DNA of 44,063 bases from assembly GCA_028865725.1 (NCBI GenBank), contig JAGWJP010000005.1:1-44063 (forward strand), in the 5' to 3' direction. Position numbers and translations under genes: made by a program. Source of the DNA: Patescibacteria group bacterium (GTDB taxonomy: Bacteria > Patescibacteriota > Minisyncoccia > UBA6257 > JACRHW01). The notes below the pieces were generated by a model, which saw only the letters and a program-made list of their open reading frames with translations, did no database searches and was not told where the DNA came from. Shown piece by piece: positions 7,422 to 16,789 of this stretch; position 1 is the first letter of the stretch, and every line of letters starts with the position of its first letter.

Positions 7422-7946
7422 ATGGAACAAGAAAAAACACCGCTCATACCAAACAGTACCCAGCTTCCCAATATCATCCTCGACTTTGTGGTCCCCCTCA
7501 TTCCTGAGGCCGAGGCTCGCTGCCTTATTTACATCTGCCGCCGAACCTTCGGCTTCCACAAGAGCTCGGACAGGATCAGCTTCTCCCAATTTATGAAAGG
7601 CATCAAAGACCGCAGGGGCAATATCCTAGATTACGGTACCGGACTATCCCGGCAGGCCGTCTCGATCGCCCTCAAACATCTTGTGAGCGCTGAGGCCGTA
7701 CGAGTCGCCAAAAGCCGGAAGGGAAATCACTACCAGATCAACCTGCATATGGATGTGGATAAGGTAGTCAACCTAGTAGACCAGTCTAGGAAGTTGACCA
7801 GAAATAGTCTACGAAATAGACCAAAACCGGTCTACCAGGTAGACACACAAAATCTAGGAAACAAAGAGAAATCTAGTATTAGGGATCCTGTGGAAAACTT
7901 ATCCCCAATGATTCAGGAACTCAGTCGAAAAATGACCATCAATTAA
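7422..7946 (+). CDS. Phage replication initiator (lambda O-like winged helix)
   Basis: PNSTQLPN.ILD, RCLIYICRRTFGFHK..DRISFSQF, TGLSRQAV; internal iterons. Confidence 0.8.
   Translation: MEQEKTPLIPNSTQLPNIILDFVVPLIPEAEARCLIYICRRTFGFHKSSDRISFSQFMKGIKDRRGNILDYGTGLSRQAVSIALKHLVSAEAVRVAKSRKGNHYQINLHMDVDKVVNLVDQSRKLTRNSLRNRPKPVYQVDTQNLGNKEKSSIRDPVENLSPMIQELSRKMTIN
7754..7907 (+). other. Putative phage origin of replication (iterons plus DnaA boxes)
   Basis: Four GTCWA-N5-TWGAC units at 7767, 7784, 7807 and 7830; TGTGGATAA at 7754; one-mismatch DnaA boxes at 7889 and 7899. Confidence 0.65.
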
Positions 7947-7957
7947 TTCAAAAAACT

Positions 7958-8353
7958 ATGAAGAAAACAATTCAATTCACTATTAAGGGAAACCAGGAAG
8001 ACATAGAAGGCAATCCACTGCCGTACATCCGCGTAGTGGGCCGGGCACTGTGGCTGCCAAACGCAAAGAAATACCATGCCTGGAAAGAATACATCCGCAG
8101 TATCTTTTTTCGTTACTACCCGGAATTCTCATCAGCTGACTCGCATCCGTTAACGACTAAGATATCCAATAAAGCGAGCATGGCGATCAAGATCTACTGG
8201 GCGCACGGGGTCCATGCCGATCCTGACAATGTGTTCAAGGGAATAGCCGATGCTCTCTTTAAAAACGACAAGTTCCTCGACGGCGCGTTCGAGTCCCACT
8301 ATGCGCCGGATGGCAGAGGAAGGGTCGAGATCGAAATTACTCAAAATATTTAA
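7958..8353 (+). CDS. rusA: RusA-family Holliday junction resolvase
   Basis: DPDNVFKGIADALFKND matches the RusA D.DN..K...D motif; C-terminal RVEIEI. Confidence 0.8.
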   Translation: MKKTIQFTIKGNQEDIEGNPLPYIRVVGRALWLPNAKKYHAWKEYIRSIFFRYYPEFSSADSHPLTTKISNKASMAIKIYWAHGVHADPDNVFKGIADALFKNDKFLDGAFESHYAPDGRGRVEIEITQNI

Positions 8354-8365
8354 AACATATGCCGA

Positions 8366-8746
8366 ATGTACAACGCCAATAACCCTCGCCACAAGCTAAA
8401 TCCGCAGCAGCTAAAAGAGGCCCAGCATTGCTTCGAAGACGAGGGCTGGAGAATCAATTGGATATCTGCATATTTCGGCATCCACAAGAAGTCAGTCATA
8501 TTCCATGTCCGGTATAACGGCTGGGTGAGAAGAATCAGGGTCCTAAAGCACATGCCGCATGAGATTGCCGATATCTACAGGCAAAGAAAAAAGCAAAAGT
8601 ATGAGGTGAGGTTCGGCGGGTCCTATGAATTTATCAAACTCTCGGCCGAAAAGAACACCGGAGACGGCTGCGGGCATACAAGATGGATCAAGCGCTGCAG
8701 CCTCTGCGGAGAAATACTCGGGTCAGATGCAACGCACAATCATTAA
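8366..8746 (+). CDS. HTH protein with C-terminal Cys/His cluster; candidate late activator
   Basis: GWRINWISAYFGIHKKSVIFHV HTH-like segment; CGH...KRCSLCG. Confidence 0.6.
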   Translation: MYNANNPRHKLNPQQLKEAQHCFEDEGWRINWISAYFGIHKKSVIFHVRYNGWVRRIRVLKHMPHEIADIYRQRKKQKYEVRFGGSYEFIKLSAEKNTGDGCGHTRWIKRCSLCGEILGSDATHNH

Positions 8747-8764
8747 TCAATAAATTTAAATATT

Positions 8765-9175
8765 ATGAAAAAAGAAAATACTAAATCAGAAATCAAACGG
8801 GTCCCGAATCCTCTCGACCTGTCGACGCGGTTCCTCATGGCTAGGCCGGATCTGGTAACCGCATGGATTGTCGGAGCCCACAGTCTCCTGCCGATATTCA
8901 AATCGAAACACAGGGAGGCGATCATAATGTACCTGCAGACGGTCCAGGAAGAATTCTTCGCTGCGCTGCGTCATCACTGGGAAAAGAAATATCCTGATCA
9001 GAAAATGACATACACCTTCGGTACGATCTGCCGAAACCGCAAAGGTGAGGAGCGCCTAGTTATCGGTGTTCAGCCGATGGAGTCAAAGAAGCCTGCTTAT
9101 GACTACATAGACGACAACGGCAAAGCAGGCGCATGCAACGAGTCGAGCATGGTGAGCTGGATGAATAAGATATAA
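8765..9175 (+). CDS. Hypothetical phage protein
   Basis: 136 aa ORF in operon context. Confidence 0.65.
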   Translation: MKKENTKSEIKRVPNPLDLSTRFLMARPDLVTAWIVGAHSLLPIFKSKHREAIIMYLQTVQEEFFAALRHHWEKKYPDQKMTYTFGTICRNRKGEERLVIGVQPMESKKPAYDYIDDNGKAGACNESSMVSWMNKI

Positions 9176-9179
9176 ATCT

Positions 9180-10508
9180 ATGCAGATCACTGACGTAAAA
9201 AAGTACGAGAAGAACGCAAAGGAGCACCCCGGCTTCCAGCTTGAGAAGATCGCAAGCTCGATAAAAGCCTTCGGATGCAAGCAGCCGATCATTCTCGGTA
9301 AAGACGGGACTATCATCGTGGGCCACGGCCGCTTTATTGCCATGACCGAGCTCCTCGGCTATACACTCATGGATGAGAAAGCATTCACAAAGAAAGGTGA
9401 GCCGGTTGTCCCGTATGTGATGGTGGACGATCTAAGCGAAGAAGAAATAAAAGCGTATCGAATTGCTGATAACCAACTCAATGCACTCACCGGCCAGGAC
9501 ATGATTCTCATTGTCGACGAGCTCAAAGACCTGGACGCTGCGGGATTTGATATCACACTCACCGGCTTTGACCGCGATATTATTCTCGAAAATGACGAAC
9601 AGGACGATGTGCTACCTGAGACTCCGAAGGAGCCGAAAAGTAAACTCGGAGACGTGTTCCAGCTTGGTCCTCACATCGTTGTCTGCGGTGATTCGACCGA
9701 CAAAGACGCATGGCTCAAAGCATTCCAGACAAGAAAAGCCGATATGGTCTTCACCGATCCTCCGTACAACGTGAACTATGCCGGCCGGGGAAAGAAAACA
9801 AGCGAGGGGATCATGAATGATGACATGGATTCGGAAGCGTTCGATTCATTTCTCGAGAAAGCATTCGGCTGCATTGCCGACTTCGCCAAGTCCGGAGCAG
9901 GATGGTACGTATTCCATTCCACATCAACGCAGGCGCAGTTTGAGAAGGCTCTCAAGAAGTACGGAATGGCAATCCGCAATCAGCTCATCTGGAACAAACC
10001 GACCGCGTCAATGGGCTGGGGCGACTACCGCTGGAAGCATGAGCCCTTTTTCTACGCTTCAAAGGATGGAACAGAGACTGTCTTCTACGGCGACCGGACT
10101 CATTCGACCATTATTGATTTCCACGAGAGTGAACTGAAACTTCTGAACTGGGCGAAGCAGCAGAAGAAGCTCGAGACCGAAGGAAAATTCACCATCTGGA
10201 CAATGAAGCGCGACCGCGTGAATGAATACCAGCACCCGACTCAAAAGCCTGTCGAGCTCATCACCTATGCGCTCGCGAATTCATCGAAAGCAGAAGACCT
10301 TGTAGCGGATCCGTTCCTTGGAAGCGGCAGTACGCTTATTGCGTGCGAGAAGACTGGCCGGGCCTGTGCCGGTATTGAACTTGATCCGAAGTTTGTAGAT
10401 GTGATCGTTCAGCGATGGGTGGATTATACCGGCACAGAGCAGGTGGTCCGGAATGGCCAGCCGGAAATCTGGCCAAAAACCATCTATGAGCATGAATCCG
10501 AAGAATAA
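9180..10508 (+). CDS. ParB-domain plus N6/N4 DNA methyltransferase
   Basis: IIVGHGR and IADN (ParB N-terminal domain); DPPY, HPTQKP, DPFLGSGST. Confidence 0.92.
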   Translation: MQITDVKKYEKNAKEHPGFQLEKIASSIKAFGCKQPIILGKDGTIIVGHGRFIAMTELLGYTLMDEKAFTKKGEPVVPYVMVDDLSEEEIKAYRIADNQLNALTGQDMILIVDELKDLDAAGFDITLTGFDRDIILENDEQDDVLPETPKEPKSKLGDVFQLGPHIVVCGDSTDKDAWLKAFQTRKADMVFTDPPYNVNYAGRGKKTSEGIMNDDMDSEAFDSFLEKAFGCIADFAKSGAGWYVFHSTSTQAQFEKALKKYGMAIRNQLIWNKPTASMGWGDYRWKHEPFFYASKDGTETVFYGDRTHSTIIDFHESELKLLNWAKQQKKLETEGKFTIWTMKRDRVNEYQHPTQKPVELITYALANSSKAEDLVADPFLGSGSTLIACEKTGRACAGIELDPKFVDVIVQRWVDYTGTEQVVRNGQPEIWPKTIYEHESEE

Positions 10509-11082
10509 TGAAAACAATCAGCCAAAAGTGCTGCTTTTGGAGGCTCCTAAGGACGTTCCGAAGGCTCCGCAGAGTTCGAGCACCGTAGAGGCAAATAAGG
10601 GCATTTCCGAGGCTCCGTCAGACCCTTCGGATGCCCGAATTAGCGGGCAATTAGCGGGCAGAGACCCCGTTACTGGGCAGTTCCTTCCGGGCAACTCAGG
10701 CAGGCCCTACGGAGTCCGAATTTTCAGCACTTTGTTCAGGGATGCCATCAAGGAGATCGGCGGTACATCTAAGGACGGAAAAAAGGTGACATACGACAAA
10801 ATTATTGCAAAAAAGATGATAACAATGGCTGCCGACGGCAACCTCAAGGCAGCCGGGATGGTCATCGAGCGGGTAGACGGAAAAGTACCGCAGTCGTTTG
10901 AAATTAATAAGGTCGAAAGAGTGGGTGTGGTCATCATGAGTCAGAAGGAAATTGAAGACCACGAAAATATTTTTAAGAGACATGATAAATCAAGAACCGA
11001 CAACAGCAATGCCACCGGTCACAGCGCACGGACTGAAGACTCTCCGGGAGTCGAGGAAGGAAGTGCGTACGAGCCACGCTAA
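10486..11082 (+). CDS. Terminase small subunit-like protein
   Basis: GQFLPGNSGRP motif, AADGNLKA..VIERVDGK; directly upstream of TerL; start at 10486 or 10492 is likelier than 10453. Confidence 0.7.
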   Translation: MSMNPKNNENNQPKVLLLEAPKDVPKAPQSSSTVEANKGISEAPSDPSDARISGQLAGRDPVTGQFLPGNSGRPYGVRIFSTLFRDAIKEIGGTSKDGKKVTYDKIIAKKMITMAADGNLKAAGMVIERVDGKVPQSFEINKVERVGVVIMSQKEIEDHENIFKRHDKSRTDNSNATGHSARTEDSPGVEEGSAYEPR

Positions 11083-12664
11083 GGAGCACTTCGGATACTT
11101 TCTCGCATACTATCTGCCGAAATATGTACGATCGGAGTTTGCAGATTTTCACTACGATATGATGGCTGACGTGCACGATCTCCTGGATCTCAAAATAAGA
11201 GAGCTTGCATGGTTTATGTTCGGAGAGAGCGCAAAGACTAGCTTTGCAAAAGGTCTGATCCTTTACATGATCGCATACGACATCGAGCCATACATCAATG
11301 CAGACGCCTTCGACAGCACAAACTCGGAACGCATTCTATTCGACGTGGTCTGGGAACTGCAGACCAACCAACGATTCATTGAAGACTTCGGAGAGAAATA
11401 CAACACTGCACGAACCAAGGACGAAGTGACGCAGAAAAGAATCAAAGATTTTATAACAAACCCTATCCGCGATGATGACGGGAATATTATCAAGGAAGGT
11501 ATCCGAGTAGAAGCACACAGTACGCAGGAAAGCGTACGAGGAAGAACACATGGATCAATGCGTCCGGGATTTGTCCTTGTCGATGATTTTGAAACCAAGA
11601 AGACCTTGCGAAGCGAAGCAGCTACAAATCAGATACGAGTACACATTCAGGAATTTAAGCGAGGTCTCGACTCTGCAAGAAGACGGGTTATTTATCTCGG
11701 AAACATCCTCTCCGAATACGGAAACGTGCAGAGCATTATCGAAAGAGCGAAGGTTGATCCGGAGCTTAGGGTCCGCATCGTGCCGATCTGTCAAGGGGCG
11801 CTCATGTCCGGACTGCACACTCCGTCCTGGCCGGAACGATGGGTAATGACAGACGAAGAAGCAAAAATAACGGGCAAGGTAAGTATCGAAGCAAAGAGAC
11901 GATCAATGTGGACTCCCGAAGAAGGAGATATGGACTTCCAGGCCGAAATGCTCTGCCAGCCGATCGATGAATCAAAGGCAATATTTAAACGGGAATGGTT
12001 TCAGACAATCGAATGGGAACCACTCATGCAGAAGCGTCTTGCAGCCTATGTCACCATCGACACGCCAAGCAGAAAAGAAGACGGAGAAGTCACGAAGGAC
12101 AGCGACTATGTGGGTATTTGCATCAACTGGATAGACAGGGAAGGCAAATGGCATCTGAAAGCATGGAGGGAGAAACTCGGTCCTACCGGAATCATCGAGA
12201 AGATGTTTGGCATTTACAACTTTCTGATCCAGGCAGGAACACCTCCTGTAAAGTTTGGATGGGAAGACACAGCATTCACAAGAGGTCTCGAACCAATGCT
12301 CCGGCATGAGCAGAGGATGAGACAGATGTTCCTGCCCCTTACCTGGCTAAAACATGAGGGAAGGTCAAAACAAGATCGAATACGAACAGGACTTCTGTAC
12401 AGATACGAAACCCGGAGCATTTATCACCTTCAAGGCGAATGCAAAGACCTGGAAAACGAGCTGGTCCGCTTTCCAGATGCAGATCACGACGATACCGGCG
12501 ATGCGACAGCTTACCAGAGCGATATTGCACGTCCGGCCGGAACTGAAAAGCCAAGAGATCCGAGACCAGAAAGGGTAATCGACACTCCATACGGCAAAGT
12601 AAAACCTGCATACGAAGACGAACTGGTTGATGACGGTCCCCAATTCCCGGATATCGGCATCTAA
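10982..12664 (+). CDS. Terminase large subunit
   Basis: Walker A-like FGESAKTS, VRGR, Walker B VLVDD, coupling LGN, nuclease TID...SDY...HDDTGDA; start uncertain (10952 or 10982). Confidence 0.92.
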   Translation: MINQEPTTAMPPVTAHGLKTLRESRKEVRTSHAKEHFGYFLAYYLPKYVRSEFADFHYDMMADVHDLLDLKIRELAWFMFGESAKTSFAKGLILYMIAYDIEPYINADAFDSTNSERILFDVVWELQTNQRFIEDFGEKYNTARTKDEVTQKRIKDFITNPIRDDDGNIIKEGIRVEAHSTQESVRGRTHGSMRPGFVLVDDFETKKTLRSEAATNQIRVHIQEFKRGLDSARRRVIYLGNILSEYGNVQSIIERAKVDPELRVRIVPICQGALMSGLHTPSWPERWVMTDEEAKITGKVSIEAKRRSMWTPEEGDMDFQAEMLCQPIDESKAIFKREWFQTIEWEPLMQKRLAAYVTIDTPSRKEDGEVTKDSDYVGICINWIDREGKWHLKAWREKLGPTGIIEKMFGIYNFLIQAGTPPVKFGWEDTAFTRGLEPMLRHEQRMRQMFLPLTWLKHEGRSKQDRIRTGLLYRYETRSIYHLQGECKDLENELVRFPDADHDDTGDATAYQSDIARPAGTEKPRDPRPERVIDTPYGKVKPAYEDELVDDGPQFPDIGI

Positions 12665-12669
12665 ACTGA

Positions 12670-12714
12670 AGTAATGCACCCAATTTTGCATTTATCCAAG
12701 CTCATACTGAAGTC
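12670..12714 (+). promoter_or_regulatory. Phage late promoter 1 (portal, leaderless)
   Basis: AGTAATGCACCCAATTTTGCATTT-N9-CATACT-N6-ATG. Confidence 0.75.
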
Positions 12715-14736
12715 ATGGCATTAGCCCACTACAAAGTTCGTGATGCGCTCGCAAAGCAGGCGCTCAAAGAGATCGACTATTCATACCGATACAAGAAAGC
12801 GAGAATGTCCTCGTGGAATAAAAACGAGGACATGATGAATCCGGATAGGATGAGTCCGGCAGTTGTGTCGCCGTATGGAAGCACCACATTCCAGCAAGCA
12901 GGAGATACCCGGGCCCAGGTACCGCTGTACAAGATGCATGGATTCGTGCACACGATTCTCTCCAAGATTGACAGTCCTCTCACATTTAAATACGTCAAAG
13001 GCGAATCAGCAGACCTGAAGAAGTCGAAGCTTATGAACGCCATCAAGGAAAAAGATGCGAAGACCGGCAGATGGAATTTCAAAGACCTCATGGGCAAGCG
13101 TGACGCAGCAATTTATGGGCGTGCAATCTATCTTTACCTCACCAGAAATGACAAGGGTTTGTACCGTAGTCTACTCAACCTTATCGACCCTAAAGACTTT
13201 CTCATTGATCCGGACGTAGGCGGACTCTGCACTGAAGAAGAAGATGGAAGCGGCGTGGAGAAGGCGGCATATCTTGGCTGGTGGAATACCAAGCTCTCCC
13301 GTGCCCAGCTGACAAAGGGAATCAAAGACGGAATTTATTACAAAAAAGTAGTTGAAGACCTGTTGGACGGAGGCACGAACACTACGACCAAAACAAAGCA
13401 GGATATTGATAAGGACAACCGAAAGATCAATGGAGCTCCCCGGGAGCGTTTCAAGAATGAAAATCAATTTATTTTTTATACATGGATCACCACAGACGAA
13501 AATGACGACCGATACTATCTGGTCCTTACTCCATCCGGAGACTGTATCCGCTGCGAGCCTTGGAAGGATATAAGAAAAAGCGAGCGATATCCGATCTGGA
13601 CGTGGGCAGCCTTCCCGGATCCCCGTGAGTTCTGGACACCGTCATACTGTGACTTTGCCAGGGGCATCTTCATGGCGCAGGAAAAGAGCATCAACCAGTC
13701 TCTGGATAACTCAGAGCAGATCAACAGACCTCAGACAGCAGTGAATGTGGACTATGTCCGCAATCTTGCACAGGTGCGATACCGAAAAGATGGCTACATT
13801 GAAATCGAAGGAAACATCGATGTGAATAAAGTCCTTCAGACCAGACAGACTCCTCCGATCGAAGGTCCATTCAAGGTATACGACAAACTCGAATCAATCG
13901 TAGAGACAGAAAGCGGAGTAACAGCAGACGTAAAAGGCACAAGCGATGAAGACACACTCGGAATCTATGAAGGCAATCTTATGCAGGCAGGAGACAGGTT
14001 CGGACTTTTGAATAAAAGCTATGCTGAAGGCTACTACCGATTCGCTGTCCTGCACAAAGAAGGCGTCATGCAGGATTTGAAAAAGAAAATGGCAGTCCAG
14101 ATTCTCGGTCCGATGGGACTTGAGATCGAAATGGTAAGCGCAAGAGATCTGAAGCCGTTCCAGAACGACTACGATATTCTCGTCGAGTCATCAATTGCTG
14201 AAGCACAGAGCAACCTCGCAGACAGCAAGAACAAACTCACTTTCCTCGGAGCATACAAAGGCGATCAGAACATCAATCAGAAAGTGCTATTTGAAACCCA
14301 GGCAACGATTGCCGGAGTAGATGACGACACAGTAAAAAGGCTACTTGATACAAGCGATTACAATGCAATCGAAATTGTTGCCCAGGCTGATGAGGCTTTC
14401 CAGATGCTTATCGGCGGACATAAACCACCCCTCTACAAAGATGCAAACACAGCATTCCTTCAAAGGCTTCACGACCTATCAGACAAATACGATCACGAAC
14501 TTACTTCCGAACAGCATGCAGCAGTATTCTCCTACATCGACGAAATAACGCCGGTTGTGGAGAAGAATGCAGCACGTTCGGTGGTAGCCGAGTCGGCAAA
14601 GCTGGGTCTGATTAGTGGCGGGGGTAAAAAGGTCGATGGAACCGGCCTCGAAAATACAGATCTGGCGGCAACCGGCGAAGTTCCGCTCGGGAATCCCGGA
14701 GCGGAAGTAGCTGAGACCGGTGCATTATCAAAATAA
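12715..14736 (+). CDS. Portal protein (P22-like size)
   Basis: 673 aa directly after TerL; AAIYGRAI, DFLIDP, ESGVTADVKG; helical. Confidence 0.85.
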   Translation: MALAHYKVRDALAKQALKEIDYSYRYKKARMSSWNKNEDMMNPDRMSPAVVSPYGSTTFQQAGDTRAQVPLYKMHGFVHTILSKIDSPLTFKYVKGESADLKKSKLMNAIKEKDAKTGRWNFKDLMGKRDAAIYGRAIYLYLTRNDKGLYRSLLNLIDPKDFLIDPDVGGLCTEEEDGSGVEKAAYLGWWNTKLSRAQLTKGIKDGIYYKKVVEDLLDGGTNTTTKTKQDIDKDNRKINGAPRERFKNENQFIFYTWITTDENDDRYYLVLTPSGDCIRCEPWKDIRKSERYPIWTWAAFPDPREFWTPSYCDFARGIFMAQEKSINQSLDNSEQINRPQTAVNVDYVRNLAQVRYRKDGYIEIEGNIDVNKVLQTRQTPPIEGPFKVYDKLESIVETESGVTADVKGTSDEDTLGIYEGNLMQAGDRFGLLNKSYAEGYYRFAVLHKEGVMQDLKKKMAVQILGPMGLEIEMVSARDLKPFQNDYDILVESSIAEAQSNLADSKNKLTFLGAYKGDQNINQKVLFETQATIAGVDDDTVKRLLDTSDYNAIEIVAQADEAFQMLIGGHKPPLYKDANTAFLQRLHDLSDKYDHELTSEQHAAVFSYIDEITPVVEKNAARSVVAESAKLGLISGGGKKVDGTGLENTDLAATGEVPLGNPGAEVAETGALSK

Positions 14737-14749
14737 TTAATATAAATTT

Positions 14750-14917
14750 ATGTCAGAAGAAAACAACGAAGTTAAAAGTGAGCAGTCAGAGGAGCAGAAG
14801 CCCGAATCTCAGGAAGGGGTAACCGATACTCAAGCCGAAGAGAATTCCGCAGGAAAAGCAGAAGGTCAAACGGATGCCGGCACTGCAGCTCCCGAACAGG
14901 AAAACAGCAATGCTTAA
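14750..14917 (+). CDS. 55 aa acidic low-complexity protein (not in the ORF track)
   Basis: MSEENNEVKSEQSEEQKPESQEGVTDTQAEENSAGKAEGQTDAGTAAPEQENSNA; its stop overlaps the next ATG. Confidence 0.6.
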   Translation: MSEENNEVKSEQSEEQKPESQEGVTDTQAEENSAGKAEGQTDAGTAAPEQENSNA

Positions 14918-15284
14918 ATTCGTTTACAAAATAAAGAAGCGTGCGAAGGACAAGGGCGATCACCGGATTATTAAACATGGTCAGGTGTCGGAGTTCTCGC
15001 TCCGCGAGCTCAACCGGAACATCGAGCAGCTCAAGAAGCAGGCCAAGGAAATGGAAGTCAATGCCAGACTGCAAAATTCTCTGGCGGAAAACATCCGCAG
15101 GCAGAATCCTGACCTTGCCACCTACATCAAGAAACTTTCTCCCAAGAAACGATATGCACTGACACTGCTTGCAATCCAGGAGAACAAAGCCAAGCAGTTC
15201 AAGGATCAGGAGAAGATGTCAAAAAGCATCCTTCGCACTCTTATCCGTGAGGATAAGGAAGTCCGCAGTCAATTAAAGCTATGA
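14910..15284 (+). CDS. Basic coiled-coil hypothetical protein
   Basis: Start at MLKFVYK is preferred; K/R-rich. Confidence 0.7.
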   Translation: MLKFVYKIKKRAKDKGDHRIIKHGQVSEFSLRELNRNIEQLKKQAKEMEVNARLQNSLAENIRRQNPDLATYIKKLSPKKRYALTLLAIQENKAKQFKDQEKMSKSILRTLIREDKEVRSQLKL

Positions 15285-15691
15285 ACGAAAATCAAACACA
15301 AACAACTGAGCCGGCAAAGGAAACCGAACTCACCGGTCCACATAATGCAGCCAAAGAAGCTGAACAGGAACAGGTTCAGGTTGATGAAGCCGAGGTAAAG
15401 GAACTAAACAAAGCAATCGATGTGGCTGGAGATCTTGTCTCCTGGTCAAGAACTCCTGCCGGCAAAGATACAATCGAAAGACTGCAGAATGAATCAAGGA
15501 AAGCAATGAACGAGCTCTTCACCATGCTCCACCAGAATCCTGAAATGGGCAGGCTTATATCAGCCATTGCTCGGTTCGAAGCGTCGGTCCAGATGCTCCG
15601 CAGATTCATCGGAGCTGACGAAGACCTTGATGTTCTCCTCAACGAACTAGCAAGAAAACGTCCGAGTGCGGCTGCAGCAGCAACGGAATAA
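15281..15691 (+). CDS. Hypothetical phage head-module protein
   Basis: ATGA overlap with the previous gene; helical. Confidence 0.7.
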   Translation: MNENQTQTTEPAKETELTGPHNAAKEAEQEQVQVDEAEVKELNKAIDVAGDLVSWSRTPAGKDTIERLQNESRKAMNELFTMLHQNPEMGRLISAIARFEASVQMLRRFIGADEDLDVLLNELARKRPSAAAAATE

Positions 15692-15697
15692 GGAAAA

Positions 15698-15730
15698 GAA
15701 AATCATCGGGAAACCGGTGATTTTTCTTTC
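15698..15730 (+). terminator. Intrinsic terminator
   Basis: aaaatcatcgg-gaaa-ccggtgatttt followed by Ts. Confidence 0.75.
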
Positions 15731-15735
15731 CAAAA

Positions 15736-15780
15736 AGTAATGCACCCAATTTTGCATTTTTTATCCTTCAAACTTACAGG
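15736..15780 (+). promoter_or_regulatory. Phage late promoter 2 (scaffold/capsid)
   Basis: Same 24-bp motif-N9-CAAACT. Confidence 0.75.
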
Positions 15781-15883
15781 CATAGAGGGGCCAACCTCTT
15801 ATTTATAAAAAGGTCTAATCGCGCTAGTGCTCTGCGTACAACAACCGAGCATCGATGGGGCGAAACCATCGCAATAAAACGTA

Positions 15884-16744
15884 ATGCCAAAACCAATAAG
15901 CAAGGAAGCAGCGCCTGTCGACGACAAGTCGAAAGCTGCAGGGGAGCAGAAACCCGATAACAAGGGCAATGCCAAAGATACCAACCCTTCAAATGGTCAA
16001 TCGATTGCACAAGTTGCAGGGGCGGACAGCTCTAAATCTGGCGACTCCAAGGGGAAACCCGGGGACGGGGATGAGAAGGACAGTCTCATCGTCGATCTCA
16101 AAAAAGAGAACCGCGAGATGAAGAAGATGATACGTGACGAGGTCATCCCGACCATTCGAGAACTGCAACAGCAGATCAAGAAAGGCGGAACCAGCGCCGA
16201 CGACGCTCTCGATGAGCTAGACGCACTCGCCAAAGAGTGGGAACTCGAGCCGAAATTTGTCCAGAAGCTCGCAAGCATTCTCCTCACCAAGTCCAAGAAG
16301 CAATTCGAAGACGAGTACCTTTCAGACATCAAAGATATCAAGAAGAAGACCGAGGATCAGTCCAAGGAAATCACGAACGCTCAGATCACTTCAGCTATTT
16401 CGAAAGAGTTTGACCGCGTAGTTGCGGATAACCCTGATCTTGCCAAGGTTGCCAAAAAAGAGGCTGTGAGAAAGTACATCATGTCAAGCGAGGAGAATCT
16501 CTCCCGCACCATGGAGGACATTCTCGAGGAGCTCTACGGCGACTCTGCAAAGCCGGAACCAGGCATGGAAGGCTACAGCTCTCAGGGCGGAAACCATCCG
16601 AAGGAGCCTGATTACAAGACTCCGAGCGAAGAAGATCACAAGCGTATCGCCGAATCCAGACAGAAAGGCGGTCAGGAGTTCGAGAAGTACCAGGAAGGTC
16701 TTATCGACCGCCTGACCCACCGCTCGCGTCATCGCTCAAGATAG
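15884..16744 (+). CDS. Capsid scaffolding protein
   Basis: Charged coiled-coil with disordered N-terminus, immediately before the capsid gene. Confidence 0.7.
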   Translation: MPKPISKEAAPVDDKSKAAGEQKPDNKGNAKDTNPSNGQSIAQVAGADSSKSGDSKGKPGDGDEKDSLIVDLKKENREMKKMIRDEVIPTIRELQQQIKKGGTSADDALDELDALAKEWELEPKFVQKLASILLTKSKKQFEDEYLSDIKDIKKKTEDQSKEITNAQITSAISKEFDRVVADNPDLAKVAKKEAVRKYIMSSEENLSRTMEDILEELYGDSAKPEPGMEGYSSQGGNHPKEPDYKTPSEEDHKRIAESRQKGGQEFEKYQEGLIDRLTHRSRHRSR

Positions 16745-16789
16745 CTATGTCTGAGAGGGTAAATTTATTCACTTAATTTTATTCCTCTC

